Shown here: piece by piece, positions 52,570 to 64,000 of the stretch
Layout: every line of letters starts with the position of its first letter
Numbering within the stretch: the stretch's first letter is position 1
Source: Octopus sinensis
Lineage: Eukaryota
Assembly: GCF_006345805.1 (NCBI RefSeq)
Contig: NC_043017.1
Location: 27,466,001-27,530,000 of the forward strand
Direction of reading: 5' to 3'
DNA: 64,000 nt
Position numbers and translations under genes: made by a program
The notes under the pieces: generated by a model
The model's database searches: none
Told to the model about the DNA's origin: nothing
The model's input: the letters and a program-made list of their open reading frames with translations, nothing else

Positions 52570-52945
52570 CTTAGATATGTTTCGACCAAAGATTGGTCCA
52601 GGCCATGTCTAACTTAATAGCACCACCTGATAGGATTATTCAAATCCTGTTTAAGTCAAGTTTTTTCTAAGTCAAGTTTTGTTCAAGTAGAGAGTTCTTG
52701 TTAGGTGAGTTGTATCCAATTATGGGTGGCTTATCTGGTATTCTTTGAAGGAATATATCCAGACTCCGTTTAAAGTTGATGGGATCCTTTTCCTCTTTGA
52801 TCTCCCCCGGGACAATGTTAAATAGGGCAGGGCCTGTTGAGGAAAAGAAATTATGTTGCAGTGTACATGTATGTTGTGATCTTGAATTGGGCAGGGGACG
52901 TATGGCCCGTGGTCCCAGTCATGGATGAACCTTGAAGCTAATGTT
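52570..52945 (-). mobile_element. 5'-truncated CR1/L2-group LINE, ORF2 C-terminus plus 3' UTR
   Basis: Minus-strand open frame LGPRAIRPLP..HNFFSSTGPALFNIVPGEIKEEKDPINFKRSLDIFLQRIPDKPPIIGYNSPNKNSLL..* (stop 52667-52669), a typical GPxLFNxLP..FK..LD.FL..IPD.P C-terminus. The 3' end has the stem-loop GACCAAtctTTGGTC. Confidence 0.8.
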
Positions 52946-53203
52946 AATATAGATATATAGATACTTACATACATGATGCATACATACATACATACATTTG
53001 TTTATAACAGCGTCAGCAACGTGAATGAACAAATATTCCAATTCTGTAAAAGGCCACTGTGCACCAGATAGACCACTACTTCTATCTTGTGAATTTAAAT
53101 TGAGCAATATGAGATGTAGTGACTTTCTTGTAGGCACAACGGGCCGCTAGTCATGAAAATCGAGAACATGTTCTAACAATATTCGGTCCAAGGAAATAAA
53201 CAC

Positions 53204-53456
53204 GGATATTTTCGGTTTGAACGGCAGTTTTTTCTAGCGGTGTCATATGAAATTGTCACCCATAATTATGACCCTAGTATCGATCTATAGCATTTCAATC
53301 TATTTTAGGGTTAGGTTTGAGTAGGGGTGGGGAGGAGGGTATCTTTTTTTCTTCACAAAGATGTTTTATAAACATATTCTACCAGTATACGAAGTTTAAA
53401 AGTGTTTAGTTAACTAGAAATTGTGTTAAAAACTGCCGTTCAAAACGAAAAGATCC
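53204..53456. mobile_element. MITE, 253 bp, 29-bp TIRs with GG termini and perfect 8-bp TSD
   Basis: TIRs ggatattttcggtttgaacggcagttttt and aaaaactgccgttcaaaacgaaaagatcc (27/29); TSD ataaacac at 53196-53203 and 53457-53464. Confidence 0.92.
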
Positions 53457-53997
53457 ATAAACACTAGTCATAGGACTTCTACTATTATCAGAACAATAAA
53501 ATATGTATAACGAGAAATTTTCATCCTAGACATATCATATAGATATCTACTCTATTATGTAAAGAAACAGTTAGTTGCTAGGTGTTAATAGTTAAGAGGT
53601 GTCTTAACCGGGGATTATGTAAATTGGACTATAAACTAGTTTGCCACAAAGCAAATGAAGTATCTGCTTAATTGAAAAAAATATTGACAACATCATATTG
53701 ATTTCAGATATTGATTAAAAGTCACACAATGTGTGGGACTGTTTAATCGATGAATAGTATTAAATATAAAATCATAATGCAAGAGATCTTAGTTCGTAAC
53801 CTATCTTTCAAGTGCATAGTTATATGTTGATGTCCATTTGCTAAATGTCCCGATTTGAAATGCAATAGGAACTACAAATGCAATATGCCAATATTGCTGC
53901 TTAAAAATCGACTATAATTGGCGTAAATATTGCTAAACAATGTACATGATAAGGACGAGGGTGTGTCTGTTCAAAATGACAAACTTAAACCGTTTGT

Positions 53998-54195
53998 ATG
54001 TCTTGTTTGTTCCCTCTGTGTTTGGCCCCTTGTGGGTAGTAAGGAAATAGGTATTCCGTTTGTCGTTACGTTCTGAGTTCAAATTCCGCCGAGGACGAAT
54101 TTGTCTTTCATATGTCGAGTTCGGTGTACTGGGGTCGATCTAATCGACTGGAACCCTCTCCAAAACTCCCGGGCCTTGCGCCTAGAGTGAAAAAG
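53998..54195 (+). mobile_element. SINE family B junction fragment (tail of one unit joined to body of next)
   Basis: ccccttgtgggtagtaaggaaatag|gtattccgtttgtcgttacgttctgagttcaaattccgccgagg. Confidence 0.8.
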
Positions 54196-54311
54196 AACGA
54201 TGATAATTATATATATATACATATATATATGTGTGTGTGTGTGTGTGTTTGTGTATATGTGTGTGTGTGTGGTGTGTGTGTGTGCATAGTACGATCTCTT
54301 AGGCAGTAATA

Positions 54312-54452
54312 TTAGGTTGTCCCAAAAGTTCGTAAGCACTTGCGAAAATTGAATTTTTACTCGCTAAGTACTAACAAAAACAACAAAAATTATTCCTCAA
54401 AATAAAGACCATTATTTTCCAAGACTTTCTACGAACTTTTGGGACAACCTTA
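54312..54452. mobile_element. mariner-derived MITE, 141 bp, TA TSD
   Basis: TA|ttaggttgtcccaaaagttcgtaag ... ctacgaacttttgggacaacctta|TA. The TIR begins TTAGGTTG, as in Hsmar1/MADE1-type mariners. Confidence 0.88.
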
Positions 54453-54517
54453 TATATAAATGACGAAAAATTTATTCAAGGTTATGAAAGGAGTCACAGT
54501 GAAACGACTGGATGTCT

Positions 54518-54555
<38 letters not shown>

Positions 54556-54559
<4 letters not shown>

Positions 54560-54770
54560 AGAGTTTACGGAAAAAAACAAAAGACGAAGACAGGTGGTGT
54601 ACAAAACAAACAGATGTATTAGTATAGCGCTCAGGAATAGAAAAGTCTTTTACGTTTCGAACCTACGATCTTCTACTGAAAGGGACACAGAAAAAAAGCA
54701 AGGAGAGAAACAAGGTGTGAAAAAGTGTGTGTGTAGTGGCTAACGATCTATTATGGCGAAATATCAGTTA
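54556..54770. mobile_element. Penelope-like short repeat with hammerhead-like motif on minus strand
   Basis: Minus strand ctttcagtagaaGATCgtagGTTCgaaacgtaaaag; the same family as 32585-32770. Confidence 0.55.
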
Positions 54771-54915
54771 TACGTAAAGTTCAAAGGTTTTGATGTCGTG
54801 GTGTATTGCAAGGATTTTTCATCAAGAGTAGAGTCCAGAGTAATCCGTATTCCGTGTATGTATTAATATATGTTTACACTCAGAAATACATTCGGGTATT
54901 CATGCAGGCTCACAC

Positions 54916-54954
<39 letters not shown>

Positions 54955-55540
54955 TATATATACTCGTATATACTATATAAATGAAATATTCCTGAAAAAT
55001 ATTATCAGTTTCAAACAACAAGAAGTTCTTATGAGCATCAAAAAGAAAGATTACGCAATCCGATTGTATTAAATATTATACAATCAATTTTTATTGGGAT
55101 ATGATTAATCGATCGATGTCTTAATGAATTGAAAATAAAATGTAAAAGAAAAATATAAAAGTACTTCCATCATTGTTGAAAAGAAAAGGATGTAGGCGCA
55201 ATCCAATAAGCCACACACGCAAGGCACAAAATTCGCACATACAGCTAGATCCATTAAACTACACGCACGCACATACACACACACACGTACGCAAACACAC
55301 TCGCACATACGCACACACACACTAAAACGCACACGTACACTTACGCATAGAAGCAAGCAATAACTCACGTAAACACATGTGCGTGCGTATATTTGCGTGT
55401 ATATATATATATATAAATATGCGCAAAAGATGCAATATATACATGGAAAATTTGATAGACTTATATAAACTTGTATACATATATATACATATATATACAT
55501 AAATATATATACATATACACATATAAATATATATACACAC

Positions 55541-55583
<43 letters not shown>

Positions 55584-56493
55584 ATATTGTACATTTACGG
55601 TTCTTTATTTAGCTGGAAAGTAATAATATATATATGTGTGTGTGAGTGTTTGTGTGTGTAGATGTGTGTTTTGTGTGTATGGGTTATTGATATGTAATAA
55701 GATATAAGTGTAGGGAGTTTGTACGCATCGAGGCTAATTTTGTATGTATAGAAAACAATGTTGAGGAACAACAATAATGCATTGGCCTCCAAATGTGTTG
55801 ACTTTTCTGTGATCGAACTTCGATCAGCTGAAAAAGCATTTTTATAATTCACGCTTTGACACTTGAGTTGATATGAATGCGAATAAAAATCGAACTTGAA
55901 AGTGTAGACCACGTAAAAACCATGCTACGTATGTTTCCTAGCTAGCAGAACCTATGATATAACAATTACTCAACAAAAGTGTCATCATTTAGTTATTACC
56001 AAACCATAAATACCTTAATTGTATAGAGGTTACCTTGTTCTTAAGGAATTTCAAGTTTCTAATTATATCCTCGGCGTCATTAACTTAGGATTCCTTAATG
56101 ACCTTGTAGCCTTCATGGTAATTACGCTTGTGCCTGTAGAGTACCTAGGAGGCTAAATATTATGTAAGAGAAACTGCTAGCTAGGACCCATTTGTAGCAT
56201 GGATCTTACCTGCTCCACTCCCTCATTTTGAATATATAAATATGCATTTACATTTTCTCTAATTCTCTTCCATCTATCTAGTAGACTTGCAGGGTTCCTC
56301 TCTGAAAACTCATTTCTCCATGACAAAACATACTCTTTCAGTTCTGTTTTAACCTAGTTTACAAAATTTATGTTTTCCGTCCAAATTTCGAAGACTGGGG
56401 AATAATGCTCCAGCTTTACGAATCCCATCTCCGCTGTCTGTAGCCGAGCATTATCCTGAAACCGTCTTGAAACCAAAGCGCATCGTTTTTCTT

Positions 56494-56810
56494 CTAGCGC
56501 AGGTGTCGATTAATGGTTGAATGACCAAATTCAAGCTTCTCTGCTTGTTCTTCAAAAGTTATGATGGGTCTTTATTCCATTAGGTTTTGCAGACGTCCAC
56601 GTCGAGCGATACATATCATCCAGGACAAGGCATGTCTTCTAGGCTGTAGTTTCCGGCTCGGAATTTCTGGAACCACCGTTGACACTGGCTTACGCATATT
56701 GTCTGATCCTCATATCTTGTATTGATTTTCCTTGCACTTTCTGTAGCGTTGTTGCCTTTATTGAACTCATAAAGCAATATATATTGAATCAGCTCCTTTA
56801 ACATTTCCAT
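56494..56810 (-). pseudogene. mariner transposase N-terminal pseudogene fragment
   Basis: MEMLKELIQYILLYEFNKGNNATESARKINTRYEDQTICVSQCQRWFQKFRAGNYSLEDMPCPG*, then frameshifted QNLME*RPIITFEEQAEKLEFGHSTINRHLR: two HTH motifs of a Mos1/SETMAR-type transposase with stops. Confidence 0.92.
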
Positions 56811-57777
56811 TATAGCTTTGAAAAACCGACTGTATGAATGTGTATATGCGTATGTGTGTGTGTATATGTGTGTCTGTGAGTGTGCGCCTATGTGTAAGTA
56901 GGTGGAAAGAAAGAGGGATAGTGAACGAGAGTAATAGATAAACGTTTGTAGGCGCGGCACTTCCAAATATATTTCTCAATAACTGGATACAGTGTGTGTG
57001 TGTGTGTGCGCGCGTATGTTTTTCTCTGTATGTGTCTCTGTGGAAATTTGCTTGTGTTGTGTGTCTGTGTATGTATGTATGTATGTATTTGTGTGCGTGT
57101 GTGTAAGTAGATGGAAAGGAGGAGAGAGATAGAAGAGACAAAATGACAAATAATCGTGGGTAAACGCGGCAATTTCAAATATATTTCTCAGTAACTGGTA
57201 ACTGTGTGTGTATATGCGAGTGTCTACCTGTGAATGTCTCTGTATGCGCTTGCTTTTGCTGTGTTTTGTGATTATGCCTGCCCTAGCACTTCACTATCAC
57301 GGAAATTTACGAGGGTGGAACTAATTTCTCTAAAACCAGACCTAAAACCACCAAGATTTCGTCACAACTGTCGAGGATTATTTATAAAAGTTTTAAGTTG
57401 TAAATTTGAAAATATTTCTCTCATACTGGTTTTTCGTTATCGTAAATATCTATCAATCATTCCTCCGGCTATAACTTGAAGAAAGATGGAATTCTTCTGA
57501 ACTGATTTCAAACTGAATACAACACAAAAATAGAAATAGGCGAACGTATGTGATAACACTACCGTATTGTTGGCTCTATGAGTAAATATAAACTCACATT
57601 TATCTTTCCTCTCCACATACATATAAAATGCGAGAAAGTGATAGAGCCCTTGCAGCAATCTCAATCAATGGGTTGGCAGATTTATGCTCCTATCTTCCAT
57701 TTATGTATATATATATAAGTATGAGCAATTATTCCTTGCACGTATCGTCATTTTTGCTCCGGCTCTCAAAGAACAAA

Positions 57778-58039
57778 TAATAATAATAATTAATAATAAT
57801 AATAATAATGATAATAGATAATAATAATAATAATAATAGATAATAATAATAATAGATAATAATAATAATAATAGATAATAATAATAATAGGTAATAATAA
57901 TAATAATAATGATAATAGATAATAATAATAAATAATAATAATAATGATAATAATAATAAAAATAAGGCTAATAATAAATAATAATAATAATAAAAATAAG
58001 TAATGCTAATAATAATAATAATAATAATAAAAATAAGGC

Positions 58040-58075
<36 letters not shown>

Positions 58076-58289
58076 TTGCTAATAATAATAATAATAATAA
58101 TAAATAATGCTAATAATACTAATAATAATAAATAATGCTAATAATAATAATAATGATAAATAATGCTTATAATAATAATAATGATAATGATATTAATAAC
58201 AAATAATGCTAATAATAAATATAACAAATAATGCTAATAATAAATATAATAAATAATGCTAATAATAATAATAATAATAAATAATGCTG

Positions 58290-58324
<35 letters not shown>

Positions 58325-58340
58325 TAATAATAATAATAGA
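57778..58340. repeat. (AAT)n-derived minisatellite with variant units (aatagat, aaaataaggct, aaataatgct)
   Basis: Directly visible. Confidence 0.95.
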
Positions 58341-59000
58341 CATACTTCAGGGATAAAAATATAAAGTTTTTTTTTTAATATTGATTTTATTATATAATTT
58401 GAAAAACAAATAATGGCAATGCTAATCTCTATTGTGTTTATTTAAAGAATTCCTTTTTACAACCTGTAGGCGCCTTTCAATTTTGATAAATTCCTTTTAG
58501 CACCATTGTAGGAATTCTTTATTTAATGTAAAAAAAAAACATGTTTTTGTCCTTATCGTATGTTCATTTCCAAAGGATTTTTGTTCAATGGCAATCAACA
58601 AAAAAATATGCTTAAGAAAAAAAAAAGAATGAGATTTTAGAAATAAAAGAAAAATATAGGTAACTAAAATCTTGCCCTATTGTATTGATAAGAAGTGAAT
58701 AGATGATAATACATAATCGTGTTAACACAAAAGGGATTCTGTCATGATGTCAATCTGGGGTTTAGGCGTGAAATGTTTTCTGTCACTTTGAGCTATAAGG
58801 ACATGTCAGATGAAAGAAAAATGCAAATATAATTTTAAAATTAAATGTGTGTGTGTATGGGTTACTGTGTTATTGTCGATCATGTGACCAAACGCAAAGG
58901 CCGAACGAGTAAACGTGAAACGTGAGAAGGACTATTCCAAATGATCTAACAGGGGAAAATATTAAAATCTGCGTTGTAATATTTATTTTTTCGACACAGA

Positions 59001-59631
59001 AGGCGGTGAGCTGGCAGAAACGTTAACACGCCGGGCGAAATGCTTAGCAGTATTTCGTCTGCCGCTACGTTCTGAGTTCAAATTCCGCTGAGGTCGACTT
59101 TGTCCTTCATCTTTTCAGGGTCGATAAATTAAGTACCAGTTACTCTCTGGGGTCGATGTAATCGACTTAATACCTATGTATGTCCTTGTCTGTCCCCTGT
59201 GTTTAGCCCCTTGTGGGCAATAAAGAAATAAGAAACTATAACACGCCGGGCGAAATGCTTAGCTGCATTTCGTCTGCCGCTACGTTCTGAGTTCAAATTC
59301 CACCCAGGTCGACTTTGCCTTTCATCCTTTCGGGGTCGATTGAATAAGTACCAGTTACGCACTGAGGTCGATATAATCGACTTAATTCGTTTGTCTGTCC
59401 TTGTTTGTCCTCTCTCTCTTATAGGCCCCTTGTGTGTAGTAAAGAAATAGGTATTTCGTCTGCCCTTACGTTCTGAGTTCAAATTCCGCCGAGGTCGGCT
59501 TTGCCTTTCATCCTTTCGGGGTCGATAAATTAAGTACCAGTTGCGCACTAGGGTAGATATAATCAAATTAATCCGTTTGTCTGTCTTTGTTTGTCCTCTC
59601 TGTGTTTAGCCCCTTGTGGGTAGTAAAGAAA
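59001..59631 (+). mobile_element. SINE family B, head plus 3 tandem units
   Basis: Units start at ~59050, ~59267 (re-entering within the head at aacacgccgggcg) and 59451. Confidence 0.92.
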
Positions 59632-60435
59632 TATATAATATTTATTTAACCAGTTTGATTTCTGAAATGTATTCTAATAATTTTGCTTTTTTTCTTTGAT
59701 ACTACGCTAGAACACCTGAAACCAGTTAGTTAAAAACAGTTTATTTCAAACATAATATATTTCCTCTTTTCGTTATGCCACTTAATGTTTACTATTTTAG
59801 GAAAAGTAAGAAGCAATGTGTTTAAAAAAAACATTTCAAATTTGATAAATTCCTTTTAGTACCATTATAGGAATATTCTCTTTAATGAAAAAAAAAAGAT
59901 TTTTTTGTCCTTATATGTTCAATTGTAAATGATTTTTACTTCAACGGCAATGATCATAAAATATTCTCTTTACTTTTTTTAAAGGAGACGAGGTAAGAAA
60001 TAAAAAAAGTATAGTTAAATAAAAAAAAAACGTGTCCATTGTATTTGTAAGAATTGAATAGATAGTAATGCATAATCGTGTTGACACAAAAGGGATTCAG
60101 TCTCGATATCGACGTGGGTTTTTTTCGTGAAAATTTTTCTGTCATTTTGAGCAGTAGAGACATGTCATTTGAAGGGAAAATGCAAATAGAATTTTAAATA
60201 AATGTCCGCTTGTGTACGTGTGCTACTGTTATTGCAGATCAAATGACCAAACGCAAAAACCGGACGAGAAACGTCAAACGTGAGAAGGACGGATCGAAAT
60301 GACTTAACTATTGGATCACTGTATATTTCTATATTTCAGAGGAAAATGCAAAACGCAAAATATTTTAAATTTATTTTACTTGTTTATAATTTGACTGCGG
60401 CCATGCTGGAGCACTGCCTGAATAAGAAAAGGCCT

Positions 60436-60533
60436 AAGTTTCCCAAGCTGTCATCCATCATATTACTAAACTCGATGTTGCTTAACTTCGGTGATCGGAC
60501 GAGAACTGGTGTTTTCAACGTGATATGGCCGTA
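60436..60533 (-). pseudogene. 5S rRNA pseudogene / 5S-derived head
   Basis: Minus strand tacggccatatcacgttgaaaacaccagttctcgtccgatcaccgaagttaagcaacatcgag..tagta..gatggatgacagcttgggaa matches metazoan 5S rRNA from about nt 4 to nt 100, including the A-box region; decayed toward the 3' end. Confidence 0.9.
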
Positions 60534-60567
<34 letters not shown>

Positions 60568-60827
60568 CTATATTAATTTAATTTTTCTAAAAAGTCTTAA
60601 ACTGCTGAAATGTATTTCAAATATTTTCATCTTTTCTTCATGATACGACGCCAGAACACCTAGAATATATTCCTTAACAAATATTTATATGAGTAACATC
60701 GTGTATTTCCTACTTTCGTTATACCATATTAGTGTAACTATTTTAAGAATAAGAATAAGACAAGTGTTTGTGAAATTCTTTTTCCTTTTTTAAAAGGAGA
60801 TGAGGTAAAATATTAAAAAAAGATATT

Positions 60828-60979
60828 ATAGGCGTAGGAGTGGCTGTGTGGTAAGTACCATATCCATTCACAAGGTTTTGGTCGGCCAGAGGCTATACTA
60901 GAAGACTCTTGCCAGAAGTGCCACACAGTGGGACTGAACCCGGAACCATGTGGTTGGTAAGCAAGCTACTTACCACAGC
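60828..60979. mobile_element. fold-back fragment of SINE family A 5' region
   Basis: Forward ataggcgtaggagtggctgtgtggtaagta (60828-60857) is joined to the reverse complement of the next ~120 nt of the SINE (60858-60979). Confidence 0.85.
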
Positions 60980-61844
60980 TGTTGATAGAATGTTAGAGGA
61001 AACACGTCAATGTTTATTAATAGCAACGATGTTCCCCATGAACACAACGTTCATCTTTTACCCGCTATTGAAAGCGTGCCTGTGTGTATGTAAGCACTGA
61101 CATAATATAACCAGCCTATATACATTTCTATCTGTGAATATATACACGCTTATACACATGCGCTTGAACTTGTTTTTATAATGATTCGCATATATACGAT
61201 GTCAAGAATGTAATACGTCTGGTCTGAATGCGTGAGTCGAAATGGTTCACAGAGACATGTCAATCAAAGCTAGCTGAAAAACACGGTAATACTCTGTTAC
61301 CAAAATAAAAATTCATATAGATGTACAGTATTCTTCGTCGTTATAAAGGGAGAAATTCACGCGGCTGCTTGTGGATTTACTTCTGCAAGAGACAGTTCAC
61401 GAAAAAGATTTTTTAAAGAAAGCGGTTTCGCGTGGGCTGGAGCCTCTGCCAAAAAATTTCATAAGCAACTAATTACGAATACATGCTGATATGAAGCAGA
61501 ATTGTTGTACATTCGTTCGGGGAAAATATTTCAGTTATCAAGTAAAGCTGCGTGGGTGTGATAACTTTGAATGTGAGGTGCATAGATATGAAATCCAGGT
61601 CTCACTATTCTGCAAGTGATAATCCCTAAAATACCTGAAATCAAATAGATTTCATCTCTCTCGCTCTTTCTCTCTCGGTACACCCACGCATAAACTCATA
61701 CGCGCTCGTACGACCGACCGAACACCCGCTCGAAAATACAGGCGCCTATTCAAAAAAAGACCAATCTAGATATCGTGGAATGTTCAGGATCGGCAGGTAT
61801 ACTTGTAAACTAGGAGCTACAACGGAATATTTACCTTTAATCTT

Positions 61845-62090
61845 ATGTTTCAGTCATTTGACTGCGGCCATGCTAGAGCACTGCCTTGAAGGGTTTCAAT
61901 CGAACAAATCGAGTCCGGGATGTATCTTTGCAAGTCATATTCTTGTAATATCGGTTTCTTTTGCCAAACCGAATTCTCCCATAAGGCTTCGGTCGGGTCA
62001 AGATTATAGCGGAAGTTGCCACGCTGCGGGATTGAACCTAGTACTATGTGGTTGGGTAGCACGCTTCTTATCAAGCAGCCATGCTTGGGT
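61845..62090 (-). mobile_element. degenerate, internally deleted SINE family A
   Basis: tgtttcagtcatttgactgcggccatgctagagcactgcc...gccacgctgcgggattgaacctagtactatgtggttggg. Confidence 0.75.
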
Positions 62091-62139
62091 TCCATGAATA
62101 TTTATTTATATATTCATTTTGAACATATAACGGGAAAGA

Positions 62140-62296
62140 ATGGCCGTGTGGTAAGTAGCTTGCTTACCAACCACTTGGTTCAGGGTTCAGTACCCACTGC
62201 GTGGCACCTTGTGCAAGTGTCTTCTACTATAGCCGCGAGCCGACCAAAGCCTTGTCAGTGGAATTGGTAGATGGAAACAGAAAGAAGCCCGTCGTA

Positions 62297-62360
<64 letters not shown>

Positions 62361-62590
62361 CATATATATATTCACATATATAAATATGTGTCTGTGTGTG
62401 TCCTCCAAAATCGCTTGACAACCGATGCTGCTGTGTTTATGTCCCCGTAACGTAGCGGTTCGTCAAGAGACCGATAAAATAAATACTAGGCTTACAAAGA
62501 ATAAGTCCTGGGGTCGATTTGCTCGACTAAAGGCGGTCCTCCAGCATGGCCACAGTCACATGACTGAAACAACTAAAAGAGTAAAGGAGA
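62140..62590 (+). mobile_element. SINE family A
   Basis: Near-consensus copy with a long internal TA tract. Confidence 0.9.
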
Positions 62591-63654
62591 GAGAGAATAT
62601 AAATAATGTAAATAAATAGATAAAAATAACATATGATACGCTTAAATTAAAACCGCTAAATTATAAATTGTTCAACTCCTATAATTTCTTTCTTCGGCAT
62701 TTAAGAACCCGTTTCGGTTTGTAGTTCTAGGCCATTCTATATATATGGGACCTTTGATTCTTATTTCATTCTAGTGGACCACCATAGCCATTCGATGTTT
62801 AGAACATATTTTAATAGTTTCTTCTTTCAAATGTCCTGTTTTGTCGAATACTCTCACGCATTCAGTTGCGTATAATGAACTATGTAAAACGACAGGCAAA
62901 GAAATATGGCTGTTTCTTGCAAGAAATACCTCGAAAGTAAAATTTTTTCCCGGACTGATAAAATACCACTGTCAACACAATTTACTATTTTGCATATGTG
63001 GACCCCGCACAATCATATATCAACCACATAGGAATTCACAGACCCCAGTTGAAAACCAATCATTTACATGAATAAAGTAGAAAATTAACTGTTGATAAGA
63101 TAAATAAATTTATCGTTTCTTTTGGGACTTGCTGACGAACTAGGCTGCGCAAAAATCTCATAATCTAATAAGCAACATTCCTTATAAAATCATATTTTCG
63201 CTCTACATAAATGCAAAATCAGAATCAAATTGTAAGATCGATATTTACAATGGATTATCTAAAATATTAACGAAATTTATTGCTGAAATATTTGTCAAGA
63301 GTACAATTGAAGTTTCGATTATTATGTGTCTAAATAGCAATGTGGGTTGCAATTCTATTTGTAGTCAGCTCGCCTTCATGTTGGTGCTACTGCACAGTAG
63401 TCTGGACAAATGTAATGAATGGCAATTTTGTAGACAAAATCGACATCGCAACTGTTTTTATAATTTATATCAGAATAATCCAGGGGAAAGCAATTATATA
63501 AATTAATGACCGTTTCAGCCGAATGTCTAGTCCCTAAAGTCACTCCCTAACCTCTACTATTTATTAATAATAAAATATTTTATATATATATATACGTACA
63601 TACACGCACACACACATATATATATATATTAACGAAATTAGGAATATGCAGCCT

Positions 63655-63722
63655 TCGAAACATATGTCGAGAATAAAGGAATTTTGTTAAATCGTCGTTC
63701 AACTCCATTCTTTCATTTATTT
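63655..63722. repeat. single arm of the Penelope-like repeat seen at 12534-12768
   Basis: cgaaacatatgtcgagaataaaggaattttgttaaatcgtcgttcaactccatt. Confidence 0.65.
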
Positions 63723-64000
63723 GTATTAAAAAAACACACAAATTTCCACACGAAAGCACGTGATCTGTGCCCTTGGCATGTAGCTTCAACCATGTTTTTC
63801 TGACCTGAATTTGCTACCCAGGAATCGGTTAACCGAATTATCCATACTAAGATAATTCATTCAACTACTTAAATATATATATATATATATATATATTAAT
63901 ATTATTATTAATAGCTAGGGAATATAATAATTCCAAACCAACAGGGAAAAATTCAATATAGCACACTAAATCAAAAATTTACAATATATCTATCTATATA

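Larger units (their letters stand above)
23563..64000 (+). other. inferred intron 1 of the receptor gene (runs past window end)
   Basis: GTAAGT donor at 23563; I found no acceptor followed by GN-GGN/GCN-(L/I)-F downstream in a manual scan. Confidence 0.5.

Noticed and set aside
57309-57340. tacgagggtggaac, a mariner-like TIR start
   Set aside because: No partner TIR or transposase sequence identified downstream.
61741-61794. Possible exon 2 (cag|GC GCC TAT TCA AAA AAA GAC CAA ... AG|gtatac)
   Set aside because: Gives G-A-Y-S-K-K-D-Q rather than G-[GA]-[LI]-F; no polypyrimidine tract and a weak donor.

Overview
This is AT-rich, microsatellite-saturated eukaryotic genomic DNA. Its SINE and repeat content looks like a coleoid cephalopod, most likely Octopus (inference from repeat families, not a database result). 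The only host coding sequence I can support is one 103-nt first coding exon at 23460-23562 (+). It encodes a signal peptide followed by IPELVRI-G and ends at a phase-1 GTAAGT donor, which best fits the N-terminus of an ionotropic glutamate receptor (kainate/AMPA-type). I found no matching exon 2, so intron 1 probably exceeds 40 kb. The rest of the window is mostly transposon debris: several tRNA-derived SINE families with swapped modules, two LINE 3' fragments, mariner remnants, three MITEs (two with 8-bp target-site duplications, one with TA), three non-autonomous Helitrons, Penelope-like repeats with degenerate hammerhead-like cores, a 5S rRNA pseudogene fused to a SINE tail, and simple or tandem repeats. 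Almost every ORF in the supplied track is a microsatellite artefact. I see no new multi-gene system. The most interesting signals are structural: a near-perfect ~190-bp-arm palindrome centred on a TA tract, the 5S/SINE-tail chimera, SINE module shuffling and multimerisation, hammerhead-like motifs, and a TTATCA-core degenerate minisatellite in the intron. Coordinates were read by eye and may be off by a few bases.
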